Source: Dimorphilus gyrociliatus (lineage: Eukaryota > Animalia > Annelida). From it: DNA of 64,000 nucleotides. Positions 26,397-40,181 of this stretch are shown in pieces. The stretch is from contig CAJFCJ010000006.1 in the NCBI GenBank assembly GCA_904063045.1, positions 1,377,647 to 1,441,646 of the forward strand. The letters run 5' to 3'. The notes beneath the pieces are model-generated. The model was not told where the DNA came from. It saw only the letters and a list, made by a program, of their open reading frames with translations, and did not search any database. The position numbers and the translations under genes were made by a program. Each line of letters starts with the position of its first letter. Position 1 is the stretch's first letter.

Positions 26397-27999
26397 CTCT
26401 TATCTACAACAAGTTCATACTGGCTCTTAGAAGAAATTTGACAGAACGTGACGTTGAATTTATACAAATATTCAAATATTATGTATAATATATAAAAATA
26501 TATATTTATTTATAGAAAAGAACTGCCAATATATAAATATAAATCTAAATATATATATATATATATATATATTCAAGTGATAAGCCTATGGGTTTTTATA
26601 TAAAAAAAACTACTGAAAGGTCAATAATAGTCTATTATTCGAGGAAGGGTGGAGGCTATCAAAAAGGAGATTTTAACAATCACCTTCTTTATGCTATTGA
26701 CAATCTAAAATCCAAACAATAATTCTGGCGTTCAAAATATTCTTTCTTCTAGAGACAAAACTAGAGGGAAAAAGAGAGAGAGAGAGAGAAAAAAAAAGAC
26801 CAAATCAATATTTCCAGACTAGAATAAATTATCAGAACCAGAACTATGCTTTTGCATCTGACTCATCGTAGCCATTGTTTATCATTGTATAAGAGAGGAA
26901 TTTTTATCACTTTTTTCCAAAGATAACTTTGTAATTGATACATTAATGGAATAAACTATAGATTAATAAAGATCATACGCAAATCACTTGCTATTGACTT
27001 ACTAAACATAAACTAAATAAATTATAAATTACCGATTGTTGAAATATATTTAGTCAAGCTATGTACGGTGCAAAATAGATTTAACATAAAATTTTTATAT
27101 ATAAATGCCACTTACCAGTTTATGGTTAGAATTCAACTGTAGGTGAAACTGCCGCAAGAGCTTATAATCGAATGGCCGCATAACTGAATGTTTGTACATC
27201 AACGACTGCCATAGCAACTATATCAACATTCACTAATAAAAAAATGAATTATTTTTCGAGTATAAACAACGATAATTGTCTAATTCGCCTAAACACGTTT
27301 TATTACAATAAATTCGTAACAGTTATTTATTAGAAAAAGATATTTTATTTCAATAAACAATATGAATACTTCAGGGAAATTATATTTGTAAGCCTATAAT
27401 AAATTTCGATAATCATGAAATTTCACCTTAAACACTTTATCTATATATACAATAGTAAAAGGAAATTTTCAGATTAAATATTGTTCTTTGTCGTAAAAGT
27501 CAGATTTCTTAATTATATTCTAAAACGAAAGGGGAAATTTGAATTATAGTTTCTTGAACGCTTCTACATAAATAACAACATCTCTTTTAGTAGATTGCAG
27601 ATTCATTTGACGAAATATTTCTTCTACAGCTATATACACAAATAGGTGAAGTGTTAAGTGGATATTTGATTATTCTTCTTTTCTTTTCTTTTCTACTTTC
27701 AAATTGCATTTTCGAATCTATGAAAAGGATATTAAAAAGTAAGATTATTTTTTACAAAATAGCAATGAAAGCTAGTACATTAAGTGGGACTATTTCGTCG
27801 AAATTGATATATTCTATTCCTATTTATAGAGGGGATCAATACGAAATCAATATTTGCTGCAGTACTCTTTGTTAATTAAAATTTCGTATCCCTAGATAAA
27901 TCGATACTATTCAATACAAAAAAAGATTGTTATTAATTGAGGATCTAAATATTTTCTCTTTGTACAATGATTTCTTAACTGATAAAACCTACTTGAATC

Positions 28000-30935
28000 A
28001 TAATAACAATAGAAAAAAAAAAGGAATATAGTGTGTATTGAATACCTTTGATGTTGTTCATCTTGAAAATTCTTTAAAATTTTAATATCTGGTCCTTTAC
28101 CAAAGTAATTTAATACTCTTAAGTATAAAATCCCAAATGTAAATAGTAACTTTTCTTTCCTATTTATTTTTTTTGTAAAAAAGAGATAGAAAGTGTAAAA
28201 TATATTTATATAAACGAAAAATATAATTATGTTTACTACATTAGTGCGTATTCAAAATATGCTCTTTCGCAAAATCTTCCTAATCTGCTTGATATACTAA
28301 ATTCATCTCTTTTCTTATAACAGCCAGATATCGAACTGTTTGAATAAACAAAATATGAATAACTCTTTTTTTACCCTCCCCTCTTGAAAAGGAAGTGTTT
28401 TCTACCTTCTCGCCATTATTGTATATCGATCAACAGGATGATCGTGTAGCCTATTAATTGATCTTATTGTATTCAAATTCCTGGAATTGCCAAGTGTAAA
28501 TGTTTACAATCTAGTTTAGTTTCATAAAATAACTCTAGATGGCATAGCGTACCTGATCAGAAGTAACATTGCAGTTGGCATTTTTTTCAAAACATTCATT
28601 ATATTATCAAAATGTTGCTGAGCTACATTAGTCATATAGGCTAAATCTTCCTCAGTCATTTTACTTGGTAAAGAAATTGTACTACGTTTGATAGGTCTTT
28701 GAACAAGAATCTCAGCCATTACCATCCAATCTACATAAATATTAAATATATATATTAATAAAACTTTGAAAGAATACAACTGTCTTTTCTTTACCATCAA
28801 CTCCTAAATAACTTGAATATTTTTTCATTCCATTTTCATCATTTAATATAATAGATTTAAACATTTTACATAAATTTATTCTCTCCGCCGGTTTAATAGT
28901 TTCATATAATCCATGATCTAAAAGTATCAATTCCGCTTTACCATTCCTTCCTTTTCTAACAAGGACTATTCATGTTAAAAAAACAAAAAAATCATTATAT
29001 TAATATATAATATATCGTCTTATTAAATTGTTTAACATACTATTTCCTGGATGAGGATCAGCGTGAACAAAACCGGTATGGAACACTTGATAAGAGAAAC
29101 AAGATACCAACTTATGATCAACCTATACCGGTAAAAATATATTAAATATTAGATATATATATAATATATATACCTAATAGCATATAAAGAAGAATATATA
29201 AATATGCTTTTATGACAATTATAATTGATAAATAGATATAACTAATCGCTTTTTATCAAATTTTATATATAATACTGTAATAAATTAAATATATATTCAA
29301 TAGATTAACAATCTAATTCTTTTTTTTTATAAAGGTATCGAATTTATCAAAAAATTTAATTTGTTTAAAAAGCAATTGTATAAAGTCTATATAAAGTATA
29401 TATACTGTATATATACTAATGTATGAACTTTATATACACGTAGTCATTATTTATAAATAAAAAGGAATTAATTCTCCATACGTCTTTTAAGGATAATCCC
29501 ATTTCCTTAATTGCCACCATATTATTTATTTTACATCCTTCCATGTAGTCAGCAGTTAAAACTCTCTATTTTTTAATTAAAATGTAGGGCAAAGTAAGAT
29601 TATATAATCTTATTGATATAAAATTTACGAGTATGCTTACTTTACTCGTTTTATCCCAATGAACTTTTGGTACAGAGATATAAGGAAATGATTTAAGATC
29701 TTTGGCACATTTTTCACTATTCTTTCCTTCGTGTTCAAAATCTAATTCTTCTGCTAAAGTACTTTTCAATTCCTAATAAAATATTAATTAGGTATAATAA
29801 TGATTATAGCGTAATTAGTACCTTTAAAACCCATCTAAAACCAAATTTTGGATGAACCCATTCTATGAGATCAAGAATTGTTTCCAGAGTTTTAATATCG
29901 CCATCAAAGCGGTCACGAAGGTCGATGAACTGAACCTGCATGACGTTAATTATAAAATATATTATTATTGCAGATTAGTATTATTAATATTTGTGTTTTT
30001 TTAATACTTTGACAGCAACTTTCTCCCCGCTGAATGTTTTTGCAACATGAACCTGAGCGAGACTCGCCGCAGCAATAGGATCTGCACAAAACTCTTGGAA
30101 AAGTTGATCGGGTCTTCGACCAAAGTCTTCTATGAAAATTTCTTCGAGCTAGATTATTGAAAATATTTAAAACTTGCGTTTAAATCTATGACAATTTGTT
30201 AACTTCTTTCAATCTTCGATTTAGAGCTCGATCGTGAAGAACTTCTAATACTTCTAAATACTCTTTCGGTAAAATATGATTCAAAGCAACCAGACCTTGT
30301 CCTAATTTAATATATAAGCCACCATTTTTTAAACAACCATCAAGAATACGATGTGCAGCTCGAGTGTGACATTGACTTAGAATTTGATTATACACATCTG
30401 AACCTTCTTCTAAACCTCTCAAGGACAATTTGTAGTCAGCAGATATGGTTGTTCCAATTAAAATTGATCTGAGATTAAGGGAGATATTTAAAATAAATTG
30501 GATTAAATTATTAATCATAAGAAATTAACCTAAATAATCTACGTATCCCACCGACTTGAATTCTATATTTTCTTCTTTCAATATTTGTCAATCCGAAATT
30601 CCAATATGCGGCAAAACCTGCACAAGGAATTGTTGCACCCAATAATTTCCATCTATATGTTTTGGCTGACTTTGAAGCTTGTAATTCAGTTGTCTTGGAC
30701 AAGTTTTGCGCGGTTGATACCTAAAACAATAGATTTAAACTGAACAAATATGAAATGAATAAAAAGGTCCCAACGAAAATTGAGTAAAAAATGCTCGATT
30801 GTACATCATAATAGGATAAAAGTTAAATTGATATAAAAACATAAACTTTTAATAATGAAAAGACATTTCTACCTGAACAATACGATGTTTACGGCATATA
30901 TTCTTTGAAATACCTTTAGCGGTTAGTTGAAACAT
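28000..30935 (-). CDS. ADCK5: aarF/UbiB-domain atypical kinase, ADCK5-like (3' end approximate)
   Basis: First exon [21 protein letters not shown] from 30935. Motifs [33 protein letters not shown] and [13 protein letters not shown]; LRGLEEGS and DRAL are closer to ADCK5 than ADCK1 from recall. About 13 exons; the stop lies between about 27900 and 28050. Confidence 0.8.
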
Positions 30936-33769
30936 TTCTGCTATTGTAAATGTTTATATTCTTGATAGATGGCTCTGCTTTCAATCAGATTACGTAGTAG
31001 TAGGCCTAAGATGGAGCGAAAGGCCTCTTTTGTGTTTAGAAAGAGAACGAGGCAATTGAGCGACCAAACGAGAGATGTCCAATTAAAGTAAAAACTCAGA
31101 CAGGTGCGTTTTTATCAAGTTATATAAAACACATAGAATTTGTCTAAAAAAGAAGAAAGGAATAAAGAAAGTTTGAAGAGCAACTGTTAAATAAGAAAAA
31201 TAAAGAACGGATAAAAGTTCTATTTTACCGAAGGAATAGATATATGTAAATAAATAAGTAGATGTTTTTATATTTTCTATAAAAATTCAAAATAGGTTTA
31301 TAGTTTTATGTAGAAATAAAAATAATAAAATAAAACAAGAAGGAGAGAAGAAGAAGGAGAAGAAAAAAAAAACAAGAAATCGTAACATCTTGGTTCTATA
31401 GAACGATAAGGCGGAGCTATAAATTTCAACCAATAATCGATTTATTTTAAAGATTAAACAAGTACGCAACGTTTAAATTCTTTACTTGTGATATTTTTCT
31501 GGTTGAAAGAGGGTCTGTTAAAGTTGACAGCCTGTAAATTGTTACTCTATTGCGACGCTTTTACCAGAGATCTTTGGTAAATTTTCTTAGGCCTGTTATG
31601 AGAGACAGTCTAGTAGATAAAGACGTAATAAAAACGAGAATCGCTTCAACAAACATTTGCTATCTTCCGCCTTTTATCGTCTAGCAAATATCAGTTTATT
31701 GCTAACTTTTACGAAGCTAAGTGCTTCTCAGTACAGGTATGTATGTATACATTATAAATATATATATATATATATATATATTAGTATCTACTTTTGTGTT
31801 CTTGTTAAAAAGTACAATATAAACTTTTTGTGAAAGTTCTCCGTTTACATATTGTTCTTTTTCTTTCTATCTTTTTCTTGTTTTTTACTTATTGCTCCCT
31901 CTCACTCTACGACTGAAAGTAATTGCTCGCCCAAAATTCAAAAGAGCCTTGAAAGGCGAGTCTTTTTTTTGATAGCTGACGCGTGTATTTAGTATTTATT
32001 TTTTATTGTATAGTTTTTCTCTTCAAGTTGTGATTTTTTGGTAGCAGAGTCGGAAGCGAACAATAACAAGAAGGATATAAAAAGGAAATCAAATATAAGA
32101 GGGATCAAAAGAACATTATATCCGAAACTATTCAAAGAAGTAATGGTATTAGAACAGAGGTTCGTAGTGTGAACATAATTGAATGAGTGAGCGATTTATA
32201 GCGCATAAACTTTCAAGATTTGTATAAATATATTTTCTTATATTGTAGATTTTATAAGTAGAATCCTCTCTTTCTCTTTCATAATAGAATGATTGTTTTC
32301 TTAGAAATATTTTTATATATAAATAGTTTTTCGCCTATTCATTAAACTTTCATTTTCTGACTATTTGACGGTACAATAAAGTTAATTCTATTGTCAAGTT
32401 TAGAGTAGGAGGCTAAAGTATGTAACGTATAAAAGGGAAGGAGAGAAAGATAGCTAAAAATAATTTAGAAAGAAGGAAATGCTATGACTAGCTTCCTATA
32501 TAAGCCTATTTAACTTGTACAGAAAACAGCCAGTAATTAATCTAAATTTACAATTTATCGACAATACATAAAATTATTTATGTAAATATATAAAAGCCAC
32601 CGTGCTTTTGAGTATAAAACTATTAGATTTATACATTTAATATTGACAGGGCAGATTAATAATTTTGACATTACTTGAATAGGCCTATAAAAAAAAGTGA
32701 GAAATTTTACCATGTGGGTTAAGTCTTCTTCCCCTTTTTTATTTCGTTATTCTTTTTTTCTCTCTATTCACTTAGCATTATTCCGGTTATTTTTCTCATT
32801 ATTCACGATTTTTACACTTAAAAGTAAAAAACACCAGTCATTGACAGGAGAAAAAAGAAAAATCTTGTTTGAATACCATTTAACTTTAAGAAGTCATAAA
32901 GAACGAGCATTTTTAGTGTTAAAGTGTGAACGTTTATGATCTATAAATCTTTTGGCGTAAATAATATTTAAATTATTCTCTATGTAACATTTTAAAAAGT
33001 AGCGATATTCAGAGAGATAACTAAATATTTTAATTAATTCATCAATAATAAATAAAAGGTTTACAATTCTGTACAATTTCGATTTAGAATAAAAAAGAAG
33101 TTGTAGATAGGGAAAAAAAGGAAAATGATAAAGTGTCATACGATATAGTAATACTTTGTTCGAAAGTCATATTTCTTATTTAATAGTATTGTTCATTCAA
33201 AATTTTAAAGAAAAGATGAAAACTTAAATTGATAGTAATTGTAAAATGTCTTTCATTCATCTTTACAAATATTGTCTAATACTCTAGAAAGGGTAAGAAA
33301 TTTAGCCTATGTTAATATATATCCTTTCAACCAGTTTTTCTCATCTCTATACGTTAGTTACGTTTCTAACATTTTTTAGACAATTTTATAGCCAGTTTTT
33401 TTCTTCATCTAATTAGATCGTGTTGAAAATGTACCGAAAAATCGTTTTTACAATACTACGAGGCCTATTACGCAATAGATATCCGATATAGCGAGAAAGT
33501 ATATGAAGAGATGGGTGACACCTATATTAAGAGTGTATTTAAAAATACTTGTATACGTATATATTTGGCGAAAGTACGATACAGAAGCGGACAAAAGTAG
33601 ACTTAGAATATTTTGTCTCTTGTTTGTTTGATGTTCAGTACTAACTAAATATAATGTAGTTAGGCCTTTTTTGTAACCTAATACTCCATTGTTTAATGTT
33701 TAACATAACCGAGCTATCGTGTTTGCCGGGGAAATTATAATCACATTTGAATATTTACCTTTGTAGATA

Positions 33770-34792
33770 ATGGATACCGATGGAAAACTTTTACTACAAA
33801 AGGATACGAAAATTATAAAACAAAGTATTAAGGATTTATTCGCCGAGATCCGCTTTGACGTAAAAGATGAAGACCATCCTCCGTCCGAGTATTACAGGCC
33901 TCCCGACCTAGACGCAACACTAGAAAAGACGTTAGACTTAAAGTTAAAGACGGCTGTCGACGATAGATCCTTTTGGATGAATAAATACGATCAACTACTT
34001 ACTCAAGTCATTCAAAATCAAGCATTTATAAACGATTGTGAAAGTCAGTGCGTACACTTTGTTAACAAAATGGAGGAACGTGCTGGTAGACTATTAGTGG
34101 ACCTACAACAGAAATTGGAAAGTGCAGAAGTTAATTGCCAGAAGCTTCAAGAACAAAATTCTAACTTTGAAATAAATGAAAAAAAAATGAATGACCGATT
34201 GAAAAAATTAGAAAGTGAAAAGATAGACGAAAAGCAAAAATATTATGAGGAAATGCGAAAAAGATTGCAGCAAGACGAAAAGTTTGAACATTTAGAAAAG
34301 GAACTAGTTAGATGTAAAAGGGATAATCAAATTCTTGAACAAATTGTTAAACTTTCCGAGGTAAAATTTCAATATTTGGAAAAGAACGAGCATCCACCAG
34401 ACTTTAAGCGTCACTTATCGCAAGATGATGTAAATGCTTGTAGGAGCATAATATCTATGCTGCAGAGTGAAAATGAAGATGCAGAATCGGTTCAATCTAG
34501 TCCTTTTAATTCCACCGAGAATGTTCAAAATTTAACAATATATAAAACGGACGATGAATCAGAAGGGGAGGAATATGAAAATAGACGCTGTTCATTCTCA
34601 GACAAACGTGTCTCTCAAGCAGGTACATTTAGAACATATAGTCTAACTGAAAAAGAAAGAGCTACCTCAAGTGTAGACGCTCTTCGCGTTAGACGCAACG
34701 GAGTTCTTCTCTGCGAAGAAGACGTAAGTAAATTCGCCGCTAACAACAAAACTAAGAAAGGACTATTTTCAAAAAGTCATTCTAAGGAATGA
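33770..34792 (+). CDS. Coiled-coil protein of unknown family (340 aa)
   Basis: Long ORF directly after an acceptor (CCTTTGTAG) with a heptad-rich E/K/Q/L central region. Upstream non-coding exons are likely. Confidence 0.7.
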   Translation: MDTDGKLLLQKDTKIIKQSIKDLFAEIRFDVKDEDHPPSEYYRPPDLDATLEKTLDLKLKTAVDDRSFWMNKYDQLLTQVIQNQAFINDCESQCVHFVNKMEERAGRLLVDLQQKLESAEVNCQKLQEQNSNFEINEKKMNDRLKKLESEKIDEKQKYYEEMRKRLQQDEKFEHLEKELVRCKRDNQILEQIVKLSEVKFQYLEKNEHPPDFKRHLSQDDVNACRSIISMLQSENEDAESVQSSPFNSTENVQNLTIYKTDDESEGEEYENRRCSFSDKRVSQAGTFRTYSLTEKERATSSVDALRVRRNGVLLCEEDVSKFAANNKTKKGLFSKSHSKE

Positions 34793-35086
34793 TTAAAATA
34801 TGTATATAAGAGTAAAAACATTGCTTATTTTTTTAAACTTTGTAAAATGCTTATAAAAATATGAAAATTATTTAAAAAAATATGAAACAACAAGCTTTAT
34901 TTATTACATGTTCCACTTTGTTTTTTTTATGAGATATACAAAATACAAAGTTGTTTGTAAAACCAAAAAGAAAAAACAATTTATCAATCAATTACCAAGT
35001 ATATAATGTCTGTAGAGAACTTTATTTAGGAAAAGAGGTCATACTCTTCCTAAGATCAGTTTCTTTTTTGGTTTTTTTTTTTCATT

Positions 35087-36015
35087 CTAATATCTTTGTA
35101 TTGATGATTGGTTTAGATCTTCTGTTATAGTTCTTGGGTATCTTGTTGTTGTTATCGGATTTCCTTCCTCAGCAGTCTCAACAGGAGTTATGGAATTATG
35201 AATAGATCTAGGTCTAGAAAGTCTACTATCAAGTAGAATTACCGAATTAACACTTGGCCTCACATTGTTAGTCCTATTTGGTAGTCTTGGATAAACATCG
35301 TCGTACTTAGGTGGAGGAGGTGGAAAGATGAATCCTTCGAAAGTTCGATAGTTGTGACTAATTGTAGAAATTTCTCGACGTCTCACATTTGAGTTTTCTT
35401 CTACTACTATTCCGACTTGATTATTATACTCGGTATCTAACCATAGTAAACAGATAATAAGGAAAAATTGATATCTCAATATTGAATATATATTTAAAAA
35501 GTATATTTACTTGAAGCACCAATTAAGGCTACGCCCCATAATATACTCCATATCCAACCAATGCAAAGTAAAGGAACAAGAGCCATTTGCAATAAACCGA
35601 TAAAAACGTTAGTAAAGAATCCAAAAATCTTTTCTTTCGGTGAGAAATTCTTTGTAAAACAACAAAGGCATACGGCCTCTAATAGGGTTCCTGTATAATA
35701 TATGTATTGTTTATATCCAAGGTACAATCTAACAGACAGCTATTTATTTTTTATATACTAACCAAGACCGGGAATTATTATATTTAAAATCAGACATATT
35801 ACTGCTACTGATAAGGGCATCGGGGCGAATGTTAGCTTCGTACATTGTGACTCTTCGTCAAAAGAAGACGTTGAATATGTTGTTGAATCGATAGATCGTT
35901 CTTCCCATATCCTAGTTCGTCTTGATTGCTGCTGTGTTGACCTAATAGAATCATTCCTAATTTGCCTATTCTGTTCTAATGATTCCTCATAGGACGGCGG
36001 TGCGTCACTTGTCAT
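35087..36015 (-). CDS. stum: Stum/SPEC3-family membrane protein, about 260 aa
   Basis: Exons 36015-35763, 35690-35511, 35436-35087 splice in frame. Signature APMPLSVAVICLILNIIIPGLGT...IGLLQMALVPLLCIGWIWSILWG. Confidence 0.85.
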
Positions 36016-36311
36016 TTCAAGTGCAAATTGTCAGTAGATTTGGTTGTTCGCTTATACTTGTTTACTAATATTGATCGGGGCAACGTCAACGCAGTCAAAA
36101 GAATAAAGTATGCTTAAACTAAAGTTTACTAATAATTTTAAACGACGATTCTGAATCGTGAAGGTTAATTTTTCGCTAAATCTAACGGTAGTTAAGAGCT
36201 TCTTGTCAAGATGAAGTACTTTATAATATACTACAAGAATTTATGAGCTTGCTTACATCTTTTTTATCAGAATAGAATTTCGCGCCAAACCTAATCGAAA
36301 AGCGTTCGCTT

Positions 36312-37153
36312 ATGGAAGAAGAATTCGATGTCTCAGATCTCTCTGATAATAATTGTTCAAATGAGATTAAACAGACAACTCGACTAACGATCATAGTAAC
36401 GATGGTTGCCCATTTCGTTTGCATTCTCTTTACTGGCTTTATTATTTATAAAGCCGATATAGGTTCAAGTAAGTTTTCGCTAAAATGCTCTTAACTTAGG
36501 GAACGATAATATGGCTCTTTTAAAAACATAGGTTTGTTTTCTTGGCACCCTTCCCTAATGGCTCTAGCAGTAAGTTTGGAAATTGATTAAAATGTATAAA
36601 TAACCATTGATTATTCTTTTTTTTTCAGTGTTCACTATTTATTGTCCAGGCAATTATGGTATTTAACAGCCAAAGCTCTTTGCTGATGAAATTGTCCCGA
36701 AAAACGAGGGTATTGGCTCATAGAGTGCTATCGTTTTTGGGTGTAACCTGTGCATGGCTGGCGTTTCTAGCGATTTACACAAACAAGAACAATAATAACA
36801 AGGCTCATTTTACAACGTGGCATGGCCTGATTGGATTTATCGCTTTGCTCTATATGACGGCACAAAGCTGCGGAGGCAACCTACTTATTTACACTTCTCT
36901 ATTGAGCAAAACAGGAATTAAATGGAAAGACATGAAAATGTATCACGCTACTTCAGGATTTGTTCTATATGTACTAATTTGCGGAACAATGGTTCTTGGA
37001 ATGTTCTCTAATTGGTTTGTTAAAACTGTTACTGGAACGTCTTGGTATGCTTGCCTAGCTTGCCCTGCAATATTATCACTGGTCGTTATGCAGCAAGTAA
37101 CGCAAAATAATCTACCAAAGCCGGGTAATAGAAAGGTAGAAGAGAAGAAATAG
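36312..37153 (+). CDS. CYB561D2: Cytochrome b561 domain-containing protein (CYB561D1/D2-like)
   Basis: Exons 36312-36468, 36532-36569, 36629-37153. Four haem-ligand His contexts: LFSWHPSLM, LAHRVL, HFTTWHGLIG, KMYHATSG. Confidence 0.9.
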
Positions 37154-37199
37154 AACAGTCTAATATCGATATGACAATTTGTTTTTGAACTTTGAACAT

Positions 37200-39941
37200 T
37201 CATTTGTCAATCTTGTATTGATTTTTTAAATATTCATAATTGGCTAAATGATAACCATAGTTAATACCCATCCAATAGGAAAACCTAAGCCCGTGATCCC
37301 ACAGCGCATCCGCTATAACTGATTGACTACGAAGAGATTGAGAATTACAGTCATTGGGCATATTATAATAGTCATAATCAGAAGTGGGCTGATGTCTATT
37401 GTCACTTTGAGAACCTAAGTAGTAATCATTTTTCGTGTAATTTTCTTCGTGATATTTACGTTTTCCCTTTGTCCTAAGTTTCCCTCTTTTATTGGGTACT
37501 TCAACAGTAAGCTTTTCCAATGCCTCTTTCATTGTTTCAATCTCAGACTTATCTATCTTAGAGCATAGGTTAGGTCTCTTAAATGGTCTTTCTAATGTTT
37601 GTGCTAATTCTTCAGCATTGTCTTGTTCGTCGCTATATTCATTATTATCATCATCACTATCATCATCACCACCATCATCATCATTATCATCATCATCATC
37701 ATCTTGTTCAAGTTCACTTTCTCTATCTTGTTCTTTCCTATGTTTATCATCTGTCTCTACTTCTCTTTCTTCCTTGTTCGTTGAATCCTTATCATGTTTT
37801 TCGTCTGTTAAAGTATCACCCCTGCTCTCCTCTCTATCATGAATATTTTCCATTTCTATTTGTTCTATTTCAATTTTATCATGGTTTTCTTCCCTCTCGT
37901 TTTTATTTTTACTAGGGCTATCAATCGCGTTATTATTTACATTGGCTTCTCTTTCTATGCTATTTTTTAAATCAGCGGCAGTCATCTTTTTCCTTGCTCT
38001 TTTTTTTATCTTACTTCTAACTGAATTTTTTACCGTTTTCTCACTACCATTCGTTTCTTTAAGTAATTTAACAGTGTCTGTAAATTTTTCACTTTCTTCA
38101 AGTATTTTCTTCATTTCTATAGTTTCGTCACCCAATATTTGAGTTGAAACCAGTTTATTTACATTAATGCTAGACGAGCACTCAGCTAAATTTTCAGGAA
38201 TTGGATCTTTGAAAAAAATTTTTTTTTAAATCAATAAATTATCTTTTAAGGACATATAAACATTAAAAAAAAACACTATTTTCTTTCTATGTACCTGGTA
38301 ATCGATTAATTTCTGATTGAGATATCTGAGAAAATTTCAATAATTGAGATGTCTCATTTCCTTCTAGAACTATTGATATTGCAGCTCCATAGGACCCTGT
38401 TAAGATAGATATACAAGTAAATATATTACAATTTGAACAATTTGATAATACCAAATCTGCCCGCTCTTCCAATTCTATGTAAATACGTTTCGTGATCTTT
38501 TGGAATATCAAGATTTACAACCAAATTCACATTCTGAGCATCTATTCCCCTAGCAGTCTAGAAAACAATTATAATTTATTTATGAATGTTAAGTATTCCA
38601 TATTTCTTTAATAAATGAAAGAGGTAAAGCTAGAAAGAAGAAATAAAAAAAACAATAATATTACCAAATCAGTAGTCACTAGGATTCTGCACTCAAACTT
38701 TTGTAACTGAGAAATTGCACTTATTCTATTATCTTGATTTAAACTTCCACTAATATGAGTTGCAGGCCATCCTTTATTTGTTAGGTATTTAGCAAATGCT
38801 TCTGCTCTAGAAACAAAAACGAAAAGGTTAAAAATAATATATAATAAATTCATTTAACAAATTTTACTTTGATTGGTTATTTGAGAAAATTAGACATTGT
38901 TGAAAGGCGATTTTCTCTAATATAGATATTAAACAGCAGATCTTTGCAATAAAATTTTGTTGATCTAATGGGTATCTCTCAAGCTTTTCATAATATTGTC
39001 TTATTCCTAATAATGCAGGATCTGTTGAATTTAAACGTATGGCAGTAGGTGTACTCATAAAATTTTTAACAGATTTTGTCATTGATTCAGGAAAGGTAGC
39101 TGATAGGGCAATCATTTGTTTGGTTTTTGGTAAACAAGAATATATCCAACTGAAATAAGTGACAAACTATATAATGAGTTACTTTTCTATGAATATAGTA
39201 AACATACTTGATAGAATCCAGGAAATCTTCTATCAGTTTATCAGCTTCGTCAAGTATAAAAATACGAATATGATCGGTAATGAGGGCTTTTTCTTCTATC
39301 AGTTGTTTTATTCGACCAGGAGTTCCTATGGCTATGCGACACGCTTCCAACTTTTTCCTGTCCTCCTGAACAGGCAGACCGCCAATGAAAGTATGACAAT
39401 GAAGATTCTCAATTTTTTTCCCTATGGATCTCATAACATCTGCTCCTTGCATTGCTATTTCTCTCGTTGGGCAAATGACTAAAACCTATAGTTATTTAGT
39501 TTTTACAAATTTTTAATAATTGAAAAAGTATACTAACTTGTAACGTTTTAATATCTAAATTCATGTTCTCCAGAGCAGTTACGCAATATACACAAGTTTT
39601 CCCAGTTCCAGATTTGGCTTGTACAATCATATCTGAAAAAAAAATGCTTATAGTTGTTTTAGGAGATAAGGCAGGGTTGTTTTACAAAAATAATTAACTT
39701 TTAGTAGTTGTGTGACATTGTATGAAATTATATCAACTTAGTTTTAATTTTATTATTTATTACCTAAACCACACCTTCCAACTGGTATGGATCGCAATTG
39801 AACTGGACTGGGACGGACAAAACCGGCATCATTTAAGCCTTCTAAAACTCGACTCGTTAAACACATGTCTTTAAATTCAACATGTTCGGATAATTCTATA
39901 TCTTTTGTTCTTGGGACAGCTTCTAAATCATGAGCTGCCAT
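37200..39941 (-). CDS. DDX20: DEAD-box helicase DDX20/Gemin3; the 37200-38135 ORF is its last exon
   Basis: Q-motif [35 protein letters not shown] and [10 protein letters not shown]. An LP|DPIP junction links to the last exon 38207-37200. Confidence 0.92.
37640..37705. repeat. (TCA)n-type trinucleotide run encoding a poly-Asp tract of DDX20
   Basis: Visible ATC/TCA repeats; the minus strand reads [18 protein letters not shown]. Confidence 0.85.
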
Positions 39942-40181
39942 ATTATAAGAGAAAATATTTCTTAATTTATGTAGACTAATTTAGTGTCTCATGTACTACT
40001 GCTTCAATGGAATAATAATCCTATCGACTCTCTGAATTATCGCTCTCATGCAAAACATTCATCAACTCAAGTCTGTCTCACAAAATAGACAAGACTTTCT
40101 GACGGTGGAACTAAGAGCCTGATTCTCTGAAGTATACAAGTGAAAACCGGTACCATATCACCCTTCCGGTTCTTATGAGCG
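39942..40181. promoter_or_regulatory. Bidirectional promoter DDX20/RGP1 (240 bp between start codons), with an ETS-like CTTCCGG at 40163
   Basis: Head-to-head ATGs; the motif call is a sequence match only. Confidence 0.6.

Noticed and set aside
37492-38142. Poly-Ser, poly-His and hydrophobic plus-strand ORFs
   Set aside because: Antisense readings of the DDX20 acidic repeat.
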